Source: a bacterium (GTDB lineage Bacteria; UBA8248; JACPRG01; G963555815). From it: a stretch of DNA of 64,000 bases. Location: contig OZ244653.1 of the NCBI GenBank assembly GCA_965218795.1, forward strand, positions 3,072,001-3,136,000, written 5' to 3'. Positions 39,473-49,700 of this stretch are shown here, in pieces. A model generated the notes under the pieces. It saw only the letters and a list, made by a program, of their open reading frames with translations, was not told the DNA's origin and did no database searches. The first letter of the stretch is position 1. The number at the start of each line of letters is the position of its first letter. Position numbers and translations under genes: made by a program.

Positions 39473-42334
39473 TTAAGTAGACCGTACGTCCAACTCCAGA
39501 TTGAAGCTCAGTTCGTCTGCAATGCTCTTCGGGAGTCGGGCGACCGTATTCGAATCACGGGTTATCAAGCGCGCAACCTCGTCCTGGCCCATCACAACGC
39601 GAAACCACTGCTCCCGCTCGGTCATCACCCGGTATTGGCGCTCATCGGCGGCCCCCGCCAAGTAGGGGAGATAGACACTGATGGGTTCTTGCCCCTCTGC
39701 CTTGCAGCCGAGTCGGTCGACGCGGCCGGTCCGCTGCTCGATGCTGCTCGGGTTCCACGCGAGGTCGTGGTGGATGACGTGGCGGCAGTAGCGCTGGAGG
39801 TCAACCCCTTCGCCCATGACCTGGCTGCAGATGAAGATGTCGGGGAAAAACGGCGTGTTGAATGCACGCATGAGACGTGATCGAGTGTCGCGCTTCGTCG
39901 CGCCGGTCGCCACCTGCACGTTCGCGAGGGTGACGATGGACTCCTTTCCGGCCTCGTCGTCCACTGCCATAAGATCTGCATCGACGCGGATCCCACTGGT
40001 CGTCGTCCCGGCCGTGGCCTCTAGATAGTCGACTCGCTCCGTGGCGGAGCAGTGCTTGGTCAGAAAATCGACAAACCCCTCGAACTTGGCCCGCCAAGTC
40101 ATCCTTGAGGCGTCTTCGTTATCCAGCATACGCTCCACTGCAATAGTCGGAGCCAGCGCCTCGTACTCGCCGAGAGGGAAACAGCGGACTAAGGTCGTTC
40201 GAACTCGCAAGTAACGGCGCATGACATCAATGGCTCGCGCCAGGTCCGGTTCCGGTACTCGCAAGTCTAAGAGGTCATCCCGACGGCGATCCACGATGGA
40301 CCGGAGCGCGTGGTCGATCGCTCTGCGGCCCGGTGCCTCTGGATCATCAAAGTATCGGTCCTGGATACGCTTTAGGACGTGGTCGACTTTCACCGCCGAG
40401 AGGCGCCGCTGGGCGAGCGCCACAGTCCGCAGCTCGATTTCCTTGCTAATGTGAATGCGAAGCGCGGCACAAGTCTGCCGATAGAAAGCGAACACGAGGA
40501 CCTTTTCCCCGGCTTCCCACAGATCGACGACTCTTCCTACCGTCGCTGCGATCTTGGGGTGGTTCTTGCCCGTACACTGCTTGAGCGCGGCATCAAACTC
40601 CTGTAGGTACCAAGCCGAGTGCGTGAGATCGACGCTGTCGGGCCTGTCGTCATGTTCATCGCGCTCAGGAGCACGTTGCTCCCGTGTGTTGCGAAAGGCT
40701 TCGTAGGACGAGCACAGGGCTTCGCCCAGTAGATCTTTCCCTGGATTGACCGCGCTACGGGCAGCAAGAAAGAAGGGCAGTAGTTGGTCCGCCGGCACTG
40801 GCAAGCCGGTCGCGCCAGCTTCGTCGGCCACCGCCGCCCCGTCGATGCGTCGGCGGCGCTCAATCTCGGTCCCGACCCAGTGGGTGCCTTTGTTATGGCG
40901 GACGATCCACTGGCGAAGAGCCTCTTCGGCCGAGTCTCGGCATCGACGCGTCTCTTCGAGGCCTTCCACGACCGCACGCTGGTGGCCGGTAAGCTCGTCA
41001 CGAGGTGAGCTCCGAAGCCGTGTCCACCACGCCTCCATGTCTTCCTCGCAGTCTTCGGGGCGCAACCGACTCCAGCGGCGCTGCAGACCCACTGCGGCAC
41101 GCTGGCTGTCATCGAGACGTTTCCTGAGCGTCCGGAGGCGCGCGCGAAACCTCTCCCGTTCGCCGAACTGGATCGGATCCCATCGAACGTCGGCGAAACG
41201 TTCCAGGACGCAGACCAACTCGTGGTGGCCGAGCTGAAACGGCGTCGCCGTGAGGAAGAGCATTCGATCGAACGCCCGTGCCATGGCCCCGTCGCCGGTT
41301 CGGAGATCGTGGTCCGAATCCGGAGACTGGAGCTGTCTGGCAAGCGACGTTCCTGGATTCTTGAGATGGTGCGCCTCGTCCATGACCAGAAGGGGCGACC
41401 GCCACTGTGCTTGGGAGAGGAGGTCTTTCCAGAGCTCTTCCTCAACCTCCCTCAGAGCAGCGCGCACTTTGTTGAGGCGTTCGGAGACCCGCTCCTGTCC
41501 CCCTCGAGCGCGCAGCGGCATCTGCTTCAACGCATTGGCGAGCGGCGACAAGTCGATGCGGTGGAGAGCGCGCGCGACGGACTTGGGCACAGGGTCATCA
41601 TCGAGACGTTTTCGCTTGTCGCTCACCGCATCGTTGTAGATTTGCTTCCACGCAGACGATTCCGTCTGCAGAAGGCTCTTCCACAGCTCGTCGCCCCAGT
41701 CGTGTGCTTGCTCCTCACCGATTGCCCGCAACAGCTCGGCGAGGAAGCGGTGGATCTGTTGCTTCACCTTGATGAGCCGTTCCGCACGACCGCGACCGTG
41801 CCGCCTCAGTGCTTCGGAAATTAGCGCCAGACGAACCCACTTGTCCGTCTGACGACGGGACATGGCGCCTTGAGCCAACAGGATGAGTTGGCAGCGCTGG
41901 CGAGGTGGATCGTCGAGAAGCCGCATCAGGTCGACACTGTGCCGCGCCGTGCCGTAGCGCAGGGACTCGGAGGCGGTCAGTTCCTTGCGTGTTGCACCAT
42001 CGCGACAAACCGGACGGCGATTCTCGATGTAGAGTTCACAGAAGGTCGTAAGGTCCTGCTCCCATTTGTCGATGAGGTTCGCCGGGACCATCACGATGAC
42101 CGGCCCTTGCGGGTTTCGGGCGGCGACGCTATACGCGATGGCGAGCGCGACGAAAGTCTTTCCCATGCCGACCTCGTCGGCGAGAATCACACCGGACTGT
42201 CGGCGCAGTCGCGCCAGGATCGCCTCGACTTCCGCGCGCTGGCGTGTTTGGTCCGCCACGGGAACACGGTTGTTCAACTCAGCCCCAAGCACCAGTTCGG
42301 GTGGGGTGCGGTACGGATCGCCTTTTATCGGCAT
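39473..42334 (-). CDS. SNF2-like superfamily-2 helicase (putative Azaca-like defence component)
   Basis: ILADEVGMGKT, VMDEAHHLKN, LFLTATPF, AFNTPFFP, EGVDLQ, HHDLAWNPSSIEQRTGRVDR. Confidence 0.9.
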   Translation of the reverse strand: MPIKGDPYRTPPELVLGAELNNRVPVADQTRQRAEVEAILARLRRQSGVILADEVGMGKTFVALAIAYSVAARNPQGPVIVMVPANLIDKWEQDLTTFCELYIENRRPVCRDGATRKELTASESLRYGTARHSVDLMRLLDDPPRQRCQLILLAQGAMSRRQTDKWVRLALISEALRRHGRGRAERLIKVKQQIHRFLAELLRAIGEEQAHDWGDELWKSLLQTESSAWKQIYNDAVSDKRKRLDDDPVPKSVARALHRIDLSPLANALKQMPLRARGGQERVSERLNKVRAALREVEEELWKDLLSQAQWRSPLLVMDEAHHLKNPGTSLARQLQSPDSDHDLRTGDGAMARAFDRMLFLTATPFQLGHHELVCVLERFADVRWDPIQFGERERFRARLRTLRKRLDDSQRAAVGLQRRWSRLRPEDCEEDMEAWWTRLRSSPRDELTGHQRAVVEGLEETRRCRDSAEEALRQWIVRHNKGTHWVGTEIERRRRIDGAAVADEAGATGLPVPADQLLPFFLAARSAVNPGKDLLGEALCSSYEAFRNTREQRAPERDEHDDRPDSVDLTHSAWYLQEFDAALKQCTGKNHPKIAATVGRVVDLWEAGEKVLVFAFYRQTCAALRIHISKEIELRTVALAQRRLSAVKVDHVLKRIQDRYFDDPEAPGRRAIDHALRSIVDRRRDDLLDLRVPEPDLARAIDVMRRYLRVRTTLVRCFPLGEYEALAPTIAVERMLDNEDASRMTWRAKFEGFVDFLTKHCSATERVDYLEATAGTTTSGIRVDADLMAVDDEAGKESIVTLANVQVATGATKRDTRSRLMRAFNTPFFPDIFICSQVMGEGVDLQRYCRHVIHHDLAWNPSSIEQRTGRVDRLGCKAEGQEPISVYLPYLAGAADERQYRVMTEREQWFRVVMGQDEVARLITRDSNTVARLPKSIADELSFNLELDVRST

Positions 42335-44430
42335 TGGTCGAGGACCCGCCGCCAGAAACCCATAAGCTCTGGTGATTCACTCGATTGTTGGGCGGCGATC
42401 TGCTCCTGTAGCCTGCCGGCGAGATCGCGGAGGAACGGCCGAAACACGGCGTCGAACTCTCGCTTGGACAAGCAACCGTCGCTCGGCGCGTAGTCCACCT
42501 CGCGCAGTACGATGAGAAAGTCCGCGAGGGTCAGCAGTGCCTCATCCGCCTTACCGGCGCCAGTAGCAACTTCTCTGACCAGACGCTCTGCAAGGGCCTC
42601 GATGCCGATCATGCCCCGCAATCGCCATTCGAGCGCCTGCCGCCCCCAAACCGGGCGCTGAAGATTCGCGCGAAGCTGCGCCAGAATGCGTGCCCGCCGT
42701 CGAATGCGATGAAGGAAGGTTGCCTGCAAATCGTGGCGACGGAGCGGATCGAGGTCGATTGGGGTTGCTGAATCGAGGTCCGTGTCGAACCAATCGGATG
42801 GCTGTTGGCCGCGTGCCCAGGCCCGAAATGCGGCGCTCGGGTCCGCCGCCGCCAGGATCCAGAGCATGTCGTCAGCGGACATCTGCTCGAGCCGCGCCGG
42901 GGGCGGAAGGTGCCGCGCATCCTCCACATTCAGCGGCAGGAAAGCTTCGTGGCCATCCCACGAGACCAAGAGCCGATCAGGCGGCTGCGGCGGCGACCAC
43001 AGCAGCGTCACAACTGACTGGGAGCCGGTCGCCGCCCACGTCGACTCGGCCAGGAGCTCCCTCTCATCCCGACCGCATGCATGGATGCGCCACTCGGGCG
43101 GCAGATGCGCGGGATCAAGTCGCAGCACAATCTTTCGCTCGTCACCCGCTCGGTAGGTACCCGACACGAAACCAGCGGGTATCGACTGGGCGACTGCCTC
43201 CTCCTCTTCGTCATTTTCGGCCTTGCGGCCCATCCATTCTGCCGCTTCCAGGTCGGCGACCGTCTTCATCTCTGGCCATATAGCTTCTAGGCTGCCTGCC
43301 TCTCGCCTGTAAGCCACGCGCTGGACAACCGTCACGAGATTCGCCTCGGCGTTCCGGTGCGACGTGGCCCCCATCCCCGCACAGGTAAAGTTCGACGAAC
43401 CGATCATGAGAGCCGTATAGCTGTTTCCTCGCAAGGCGAGCATCTTTGCGTGCCAGGGTCGGTGGTTCTTGTCACCATCGAAATCCGGGAGGACCGCGAC
43501 GGTGACGTGCCCTCGATATTTGAGCGGAGTCGTCGTGATGGCCTTCGGCGCAGCCAGACGCGGGACGGCAGTCTCACCGTCATCGCTCGCGGCGGGCACG
43601 TAGAAGCGGATCTCACGAGTTCGGCCTCTTGCCATCAACTTGCAGAGCGCGGCGGCCACGCGACCACTATCGTCATCTACGTCGAAAAATGGTGAGGCAA
43701 CCCAGGCCTCATGCGGCGACCCACCACGCCGGTGGCACGCTGCAAACGCCTCGTCGAGGCTGCTGCGCGGGCCTCTCCCCGACCGGACCGTGGGCAGCGT
43801 GCAGGCGAACTGCTGGCGAACGACGGCTTTGCGCCGGGGACGTTCCCAGGCCTCAGCCTGTCGTTCCACTTGCGAGAGATAGTTTGACGCCCTCTGAACC
43901 TCAGGCGCGCCCTCCTGAGCACCTGGCACGAGGGCAAGCAGCTCGCGGAGGAAGGTGATTGCCTGCATCAGCAAATCTCCGTCCGCTTCGGTGGGCGAAA
44001 GATCGACGGTTGCGGCAACCTCGTGGTTCGTCCGGTAGCCCCGCTCTGTGAGGTTCGCCGAGGCCACGATGATCCGGATGTAGTGACTCCAGGCGAGAAG
44101 ACTGAGCTTGGCGTGCTGCTTCCCGCCCCGGACACGCACCGGCAGCACGTCCCACCGGAGCGAGTGCTCCACACCGGCCTGCGTGTGGTCGACCATGACA
44201 CCAGCGTAGACGCCCCCGAGAAGGCTTTCGCGCTCGAGCAGGAACGCCAAGTCCTCTCGATCAGGTTCGGACTCGATCTCCAGGAAGCGGCCGAGGCACT
44301 GCTCGTCGAAGAGGCCAGGCGTGAACGTGTAGGTCGTCGCGAGGCAGCCGATGGGGTGGCCGGCATTCGGGGGCGGCCGCCACAGCTCGAGCATGACGCC
44401 GCTCCTGGTTCTTCGCTTGCTCTTACTCAT
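42325..44430 (-). CDS. Phospholipase D-family nuclease-like protein with two HxK motifs (putative defence component)
   Basis: LATTYTF, QHAKLSLL...ASANLT, ASPFFD, WHAKMLAL...GSSNFT; ATG overlaps the upstream TGA. Confidence 0.85.
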   Translation of the reverse strand: MSKSKRRTRSGVMLELWRPPPNAGHPIGCLATTYTFTPGLFDEQCLGRFLEIESEPDREDLAFLLERESLLGGVYAGVMVDHTQAGVEHSLRWDVLPVRVRGGKQHAKLSLLAWSHYIRIIVASANLTERGYRTNHEVAATVDLSPTEADGDLLMQAITFLRELLALVPGAQEGAPEVQRASNYLSQVERQAEAWERPRRKAVVRQQFACTLPTVRSGRGPRSSLDEAFAACHRRGGSPHEAWVASPFFDVDDDSGRVAAALCKLMARGRTREIRFYVPAASDDGETAVPRLAAPKAITTTPLKYRGHVTVAVLPDFDGDKNHRPWHAKMLALRGNSYTALMIGSSNFTCAGMGATSHRNAEANLVTVVQRVAYRREAGSLEAIWPEMKTVADLEAAEWMGRKAENDEEEEAVAQSIPAGFVSGTYRAGDERKIVLRLDPAHLPPEWRIHACGRDERELLAESTWAATGSQSVVTLLWSPPQPPDRLLVSWDGHEAFLPLNVEDARHLPPPARLEQMSADDMLWILAAADPSAAFRAWARGQQPSDWFDTDLDSATPIDLDPLRRHDLQATFLHRIRRRARILAQLRANLQRPVWGRQALEWRLRGMIGIEALAERLVREVATGAGKADEALLTLADFLIVLREVDYAPSDGCLSKREFDAVFRPFLRDLAGRLQEQIAAQQSSESPELMGFWRRVLDQCR

Positions 44431-45737
44431 GCCAGATCGTCCCGAAAACGGCGGATCGGCCAACCGCGATAGTTGTGCAGGTACCGTGCGGAGGCGATCT
44501 CGGGCTGCGGGATACGATACGCTTGGCGGATGTAGATGCGCTCGCCGCCGATGCGATCGAACCAGGACCGCTTGCCCTCCGCGGACTTCGCCCGCTGAAC
44601 CGCCTCGTGATGCACGCACAGCGCAAGCGCGCAGGTCTGCGCATCCATCGGCTCAGCCAGCTTGCCGAAGCGCTCGTCGAACTGATTCTGGAGCGAGAAG
44701 GCGGTGGACGTAATCTCCCCCAGCGCCCGATGTGCGGCTGCGAAACGCTCGTTGAGCCGATAGACGCTCGCTCGGAAGGCTTCCTTCCGGGCAATGTGGG
44801 GAACGACATATCCGCAGGCATCCGGCCCCACGGCTTCGGCCCGAAGCACGTCGAACGCGTCCTGAAGGCCCCGCGCGAAGCTCTCGTAGGTGCGGATTGC
44901 CTTTACGAGCGCGCCATACGCCGGCAAGTTTCGCTCCAGGTCGGCGTGGAGCGTCTCCTCCCGCAAGTCCTCGTCTCGGTATTTCGACTGAAGCCGCCAG
45001 AGTTCAGGAAGTGCGCCGAGTCGCTGGTCGTCAGAAGACATCAGCAGCTCGCGCAGCAGCCGCTTCTCTCTCATCCGCGCCGCCTTGGGAGCAAACGCCT
45101 GAGCCAACTCCCGCCACTCCGACGCGTTCCAATGCGGGTTGGTGCGCGGCGGGGCGTGGTTCAGACTCCGGCGAACGGCATCCGTCCATCGCGCCAAGAG
45201 GGTCTTGGCGCCAGCGACTCCCCCGGGCCCCTGCCCCCGTGCCCATGCGTCCGCCAAGCGCTCCGCATTCGGCCCAGGACCCAGATGGACGTCCAGCAAC
45301 CCGAGACGGACCGCGAGGGGTTTGTAGACCCCATGGAAGCCGAAGACACGAGGGGTCTTGAGGTAGCACCGGGCGTCGACGTATCCGTGCTGCGCGAGCG
45401 CTGTCCGGGTCACCCCGGTTCCCGGTACACCCCAGATCGACGTGTCGTCCGCCATCTCTCGTGTCAGCGCCCCGACAACGAGCCACTCCCAAACGAGGTA
45501 CGGCGAGGCGTCGCGATGGCGGGCGTCTCCTTCCAGGTTCTCTATCACGAGAGAGCCCACGGCCATCGCAGTCAAAAATCGGATCCGCTGCATGCGCTCG
45601 CGCACGGCCGGCACAAGCTGGACGGCTAGTTGATCGGCAATCTGGTAGAGACCGAGGGGGTCGAGGGAGCCTTCGCCGGTACCCGGTGGATCGTAGGTAG
45701 TGAGAAAAGGAAAAACTGCGGCCATTGTTTCAACCAT
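44427..45737 (-). CDS. Hypothetical protein, DUF6361-like N-terminus (putative defence component)
   Basis: 436-aa ORF with a GSLDPLGL...LVPAV...RIRF motif; first gene of a translationally coupled three-gene operon. Confidence 0.7.
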   Translation of the reverse strand: MVETMAAVFPFLTTYDPPGTGEGSLDPLGLYQIADQLAVQLVPAVRERMQRIRFLTAMAVGSLVIENLEGDARHRDASPYLVWEWLVVGALTREMADDTSIWGVPGTGVTRTALAQHGYVDARCYLKTPRVFGFHGVYKPLAVRLGLLDVHLGPGPNAERLADAWARGQGPGGVAGAKTLLARWTDAVRRSLNHAPPRTNPHWNASEWRELAQAFAPKAARMREKRLLRELLMSSDDQRLGALPELWRLQSKYRDEDLREETLHADLERNLPAYGALVKAIRTYESFARGLQDAFDVLRAEAVGPDACGYVVPHIARKEAFRASVYRLNERFAAAHRALGEITSTAFSLQNQFDERFGKLAEPMDAQTCALALCVHHEAVQRAKSAEGKRSWFDRIGGERIYIRQAYRIPQPEIASARYLHNYRGWPIRRFRDDLA

Positions 45738-45742
45738 GTGAG

Positions 45743-45978
45743 TAAGGACGTTCTTTCCGGCCGTAAAATCCTATTATCCTATTGATATTATTGGATAATA
45801 CATATTTTTTCTACTCTCGTTCGGAACTCGACTTCTGTAGTCCGTAATCAAAATGAAAGCGGATTCGTAAAACCCCTGCCCATCTCGGCGAGTCCCTGTC
45901 GGACCATTGCACCTCCGTCCTCCAAAGTCCGACCCGCAACAGCTTGCTTACGGTTACGCTCCGGCACCCCGCAACTCC
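45743..45978. repeat. Non-coding multi-palindrome element, copy B
   Basis: Direct-orientation homologue of 38830-39170; lies immediately 5' of the operon start at 45737. Confidence 0.9.
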
Positions 45979-46093
45979 TCGTCGCGCTGATCTCGACCGA
46001 AAATTAGATCGTGTCGCTGCCTTCTTTCAGTTTCCCCGTCATTGACGTCTTAATCGCCTGCTCCTTGGGCTCCGGAAATCTGAACACAGGGTT

Positions 46094-46422
46094 CTACCCG
46101 GCTCCCATAGCATCCTTTGCCAATAACTCCCGCTCTTCGCGAAGGTGACAGACCTCCCGACGAAGCCGACGCAACTCCTCGAGCTCGGCTGTCCTCAGAC
46201 CGTCCTCACGACGTCCCTCGTCGCGACCGGCTTGGCGCACCCAGTTGCGAATCGCCGAAACGGAGCACTCGAACTCGCGAGCCAACTCCCCGGGCGTGCG
46301 GCCCGCTCGGACCAACTCGACCATCTGTCGCCGGTACTCCAGCGCGTAAGCGGAATGTGTTTTCGGCATCTGAACACCTCCTACGTACAGTCTGAAGGTG
46401 TCCACCAAAACAGGCTGACCTG
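46094..46422 (-). mobile_element. IS3-family left end and orfA fragment
   Basis: MPKTHSAYALEYRRQMVELVRAGRTPGELAREFECS...EELRRLRRE (ATG 46369); left-end motif ggtggacaccttcag; no orfB. Confidence 0.85.
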
Positions 46423-46437
46423 CCCCCCTAACGAGAC

Positions 46438-46672
46438 TGACCTGCCCCCACGTTTAGTACCACACGTAAAGTTAGAGTCGTAGTTCTTTTGGTTGCCGGC
46501 GCGTTCCGCGCGACGTGTGCTGTGCGGAGCGGAACGCGCCTTGGCTGGGCATCAGGGTTTGCGGCGCTGGCGGTCTGTAGCCCAGCGCACTGTGCGGCCG
46601 GATGGTGTTGTAGTGGCGCCGCCATTGCTCGATCAGCACTTTTGCCTCCTTCAGTGTGTAGAAGAGGGACTT
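46438..46672 (-). mobile_element. IS3-family right-end fragment (integrase C-terminus)
   Basis: FYTLKEAKVLIEQWRRHYNTIRPHSALGYRPPAP, then an IR-like tggtactaaacgtgggggcaggtca. Confidence 0.8.
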
Positions 46673-46753
46673 CGGAATATGAGCCACTGTTAAAATATGG
46701 CGGCCGTCACACGGAGATACGGAGCGAACGGAAATATTCGGCGGTAGACTTCT

Positions 46754-49700
46754 TTATGCCATACCAGAAGACGCAATCGATCTGGCGCGCACTTGAAACC
46801 ATGAATCTATCGGCAAGACCTTGCCAATTTCATCGAGATGGTCTTGAAACACCTTCAAGCAATTGTTCGGCGGACTCGGTAAATGGATGGCGATATACGT
46901 CAATCTCTCCTCAATCCATTGGAACCATGTGTCATGAGCTTCATGCGCGGCGACGGCCTGTAAAATGAATTGAAAAAGTTTGTGAATCTCTTCTCCTTGG
47001 GTTACCTGCGGAGCCATCCTGACAGCAGCATCCGCAATGTCGTCGGCCAAGATAGTATCGCGGTTTGCCGCCGCGACAATACTCGCCGATGCCAAGCACT
47101 TCAGATTCGACTCGCTGACCTCGTGAGATAACTCTCTCACTGTCTTTCGAGCATGGTCCAGTTCCGGTTCTCCGACGGCAAAGAGCTGAGAAACTGTTAC
47201 GAGCGGCTGCAAAGGACACGTCTCTGGATCGTGAACATCTGCTTCTTCAAGTTTCTCGGATAGTTCTTGTGGAATGAGTTCCGTTGGCCGCCGATGACCC
47301 TCCAGGGGGCCCGGAAATTCCAACACGAGGATCTCTCCAGAATCGGTCGCTCGGGCCAATGCTTGATCCAGATCGTTCGATCGTGGCACCTGCCGTCCCT
47401 CGCTTTCATGTCGCCATCTGAGCAGACGAAGACGGCCGAGTATTTCATTCTTCAAAACCCGTGCTGTTATGCGGCTCGCAAAAAGCATCGGTTCATCTCT
47501 GGCATCCACTAGCCCGGCAAAATCGCCCGCCGCAGTCATATTGTCACGGAGCCACTCTTCTAGAGAGTCAGGATCAATTGAAATAGATGGCCGTGACAAT
47601 GCTCGAGCGATCATGCCAGCCTGCATCCATGCGCACATGCGCTTCCAGTAGCCAGGATATGTTGCTCCGTTCTCGATCAGGTTGATCCGATTCAACACAA
47701 AATCGAACAAGACCTGAAGCAGCATGTAGAGGTCGGGGCCATCCTGACGTCCGAACCTTTCGTTGGAAAGTGTTGTCACGGCCTCCGCTGCGAACTCTTC
47801 GAAACGCTCGTCATCCTGTCGATAGAGCGCAACGTCGAGAGCGCCAAGTAACGAGAAAGGGTTTTCTTTTGCATGACATGAAGCCAGTGCGTCCCAAACA
47901 ACATCGACGTGAACATCGGCTAGCCATTGACCGGGGGCGAGATCGTCGCGTAGTGCTCCCAGGAAGCAGATATCGAGCCCTGCTCGGATATTTCTCTGCA
48001 AAAGCTCCTGCCGGTAAGGAATAAGGATTTCTCGAAAATACAACTCAGGTTTGCGAGTATCCGGTGCGGGACCGCAAAATCTCTCAAAATACGAAATATC
48101 CTGTGGAACAATATCCGTAACGCCGATTGGCAAACCGTGATCCAATTTCTGGACCAAGCGGGATTGGACAGCCGCTACGCCGTTCGCTGACTCAGCGAAT
48201 ACGCTGGCAAGTTCCTGTTTGTTTAGTTCGCGAGAATCCAAGTCATTGGAGGAATAAAGGAATTCAGGGCCAGTTGCACCCATGCGGTCAGTGATACTGC
48301 GGAGCGAGTTGATTCGTGTTTGCTGACTAGGCGAAAGAATGGCCAATTCCCGAAGCGAAGCGTGTTGAGATGTACCCTCACTATCAGTCCATGTAACAAC
48401 AATGTTTTGGTTCGCCCGGTCGACGCTGATCGACACGTCCTTGCCCGAAGTATCTTGAATGGTCTTTTCAGCACCGTTAGCGAAAACCTCCCGGACGGCC
48501 TTCACTAACTTGCTTTCTGCCAATTTGATCTCGGGCCCTATTTCAAGAACTGATTCTGTCTTGAAACCGCAACGCTCAGAGAATTCGGGATTCTTCGATA
48601 TGACGACTTTGCGAGCAGAGGACGGCAATTGCTCGAGAAAGAGGTTTCCATAGACCTCGTGATGGTCCTCCAGAGCTGAAATCTTGTCGCACATCGTTGC
48701 AAGCGCTTTCTCGATTGTGTCCGCATTCGCTGGACGCAGGGGTTCGATGACGGACTGCTCGATCCAGTCAGCGAACTGGATGCGTCTCTCCTCAGACTGG
48801 ATTGTCATGGGCATGAGCAAATACCCTAAACGCAGAGATATCAGGTCTCTGACCCAGTCTGCACGATTGTCTGCTGCAATCTGCTCGCGTGCCAAAACTG
48901 CCGTCTTCATAAGATGATGCCAAACCCAGTCGGATAGCGCTCCTGCTTGTTCCACAGTGAAGGAAGCATCTTCCCACACGCGGTCGATTGCGGTTTTGCA
49001 AACACGGTCAAGGTTGGTGGACAGAGTCGCCGCCTCCTTCAGAGACGACAAGCCTAGAAAGTCAATGTTAGCCATTGTCTGGCGGAGAATTCTCAGCTCG
49101 GCGCTTTCCCTCATTCGACCATCGTCGACCCTCGCCGCCGTCAGCCAATGCATCAATTCGTCGGACTCGAGCGGGATGAACGCGAAACCGCTCCGTCGTA
49201 GCTTGTGTCGCGCTGTCCAATGGCCGGCAATGTCGATCACGCCTCGAGAAGAAAGATGACGGATCACGTCCAAGACGCAAGCTATGGGTACGTTTTGTCC
49301 GGTATCGTCGGTGATATTCGCATGACTGTTGATGTAGCGATCGTCAATACAGAGTGCGTCGCATGCAGGCGTGCCCGCCAACAGTGTTGCCGTCGCCTGG
49401 AACCGGGGTGCACGATTCTGAATTCGCTCGTCTCGATTAGCCGTACGAGGCAGAAACGATGCCGCGCCGTTGTCGACCGCATTTCGCAATAGTGTCCGGA
49501 TTCCTTCGATTTTTGTCCCAAGTTCATGTCCCACATCGCCCTCTTCGATGAACGCGTGAGCACGTTTCAACACGTTTGGATGGACTCGGATATTCAAGCC
49601 GGCAGCCGCCACAGGCTGCAAGATGTTGGCGTCTTGAAGGTACGAGAGAGCGAGGTTGTCGATGTAAACGGGGCCGTTGAAGCTCGATCGCCGCAGATTA

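Noticed and set aside
38830-45978. Repeats as integron attC sites or a CRISPR array
   Set aside because: Only two copies, 6.9 kb apart; no RYYYAAC...GTTRRRY long hairpin at gene 3' ends; no integrase or cas genes; the copies lie 5' of genes.
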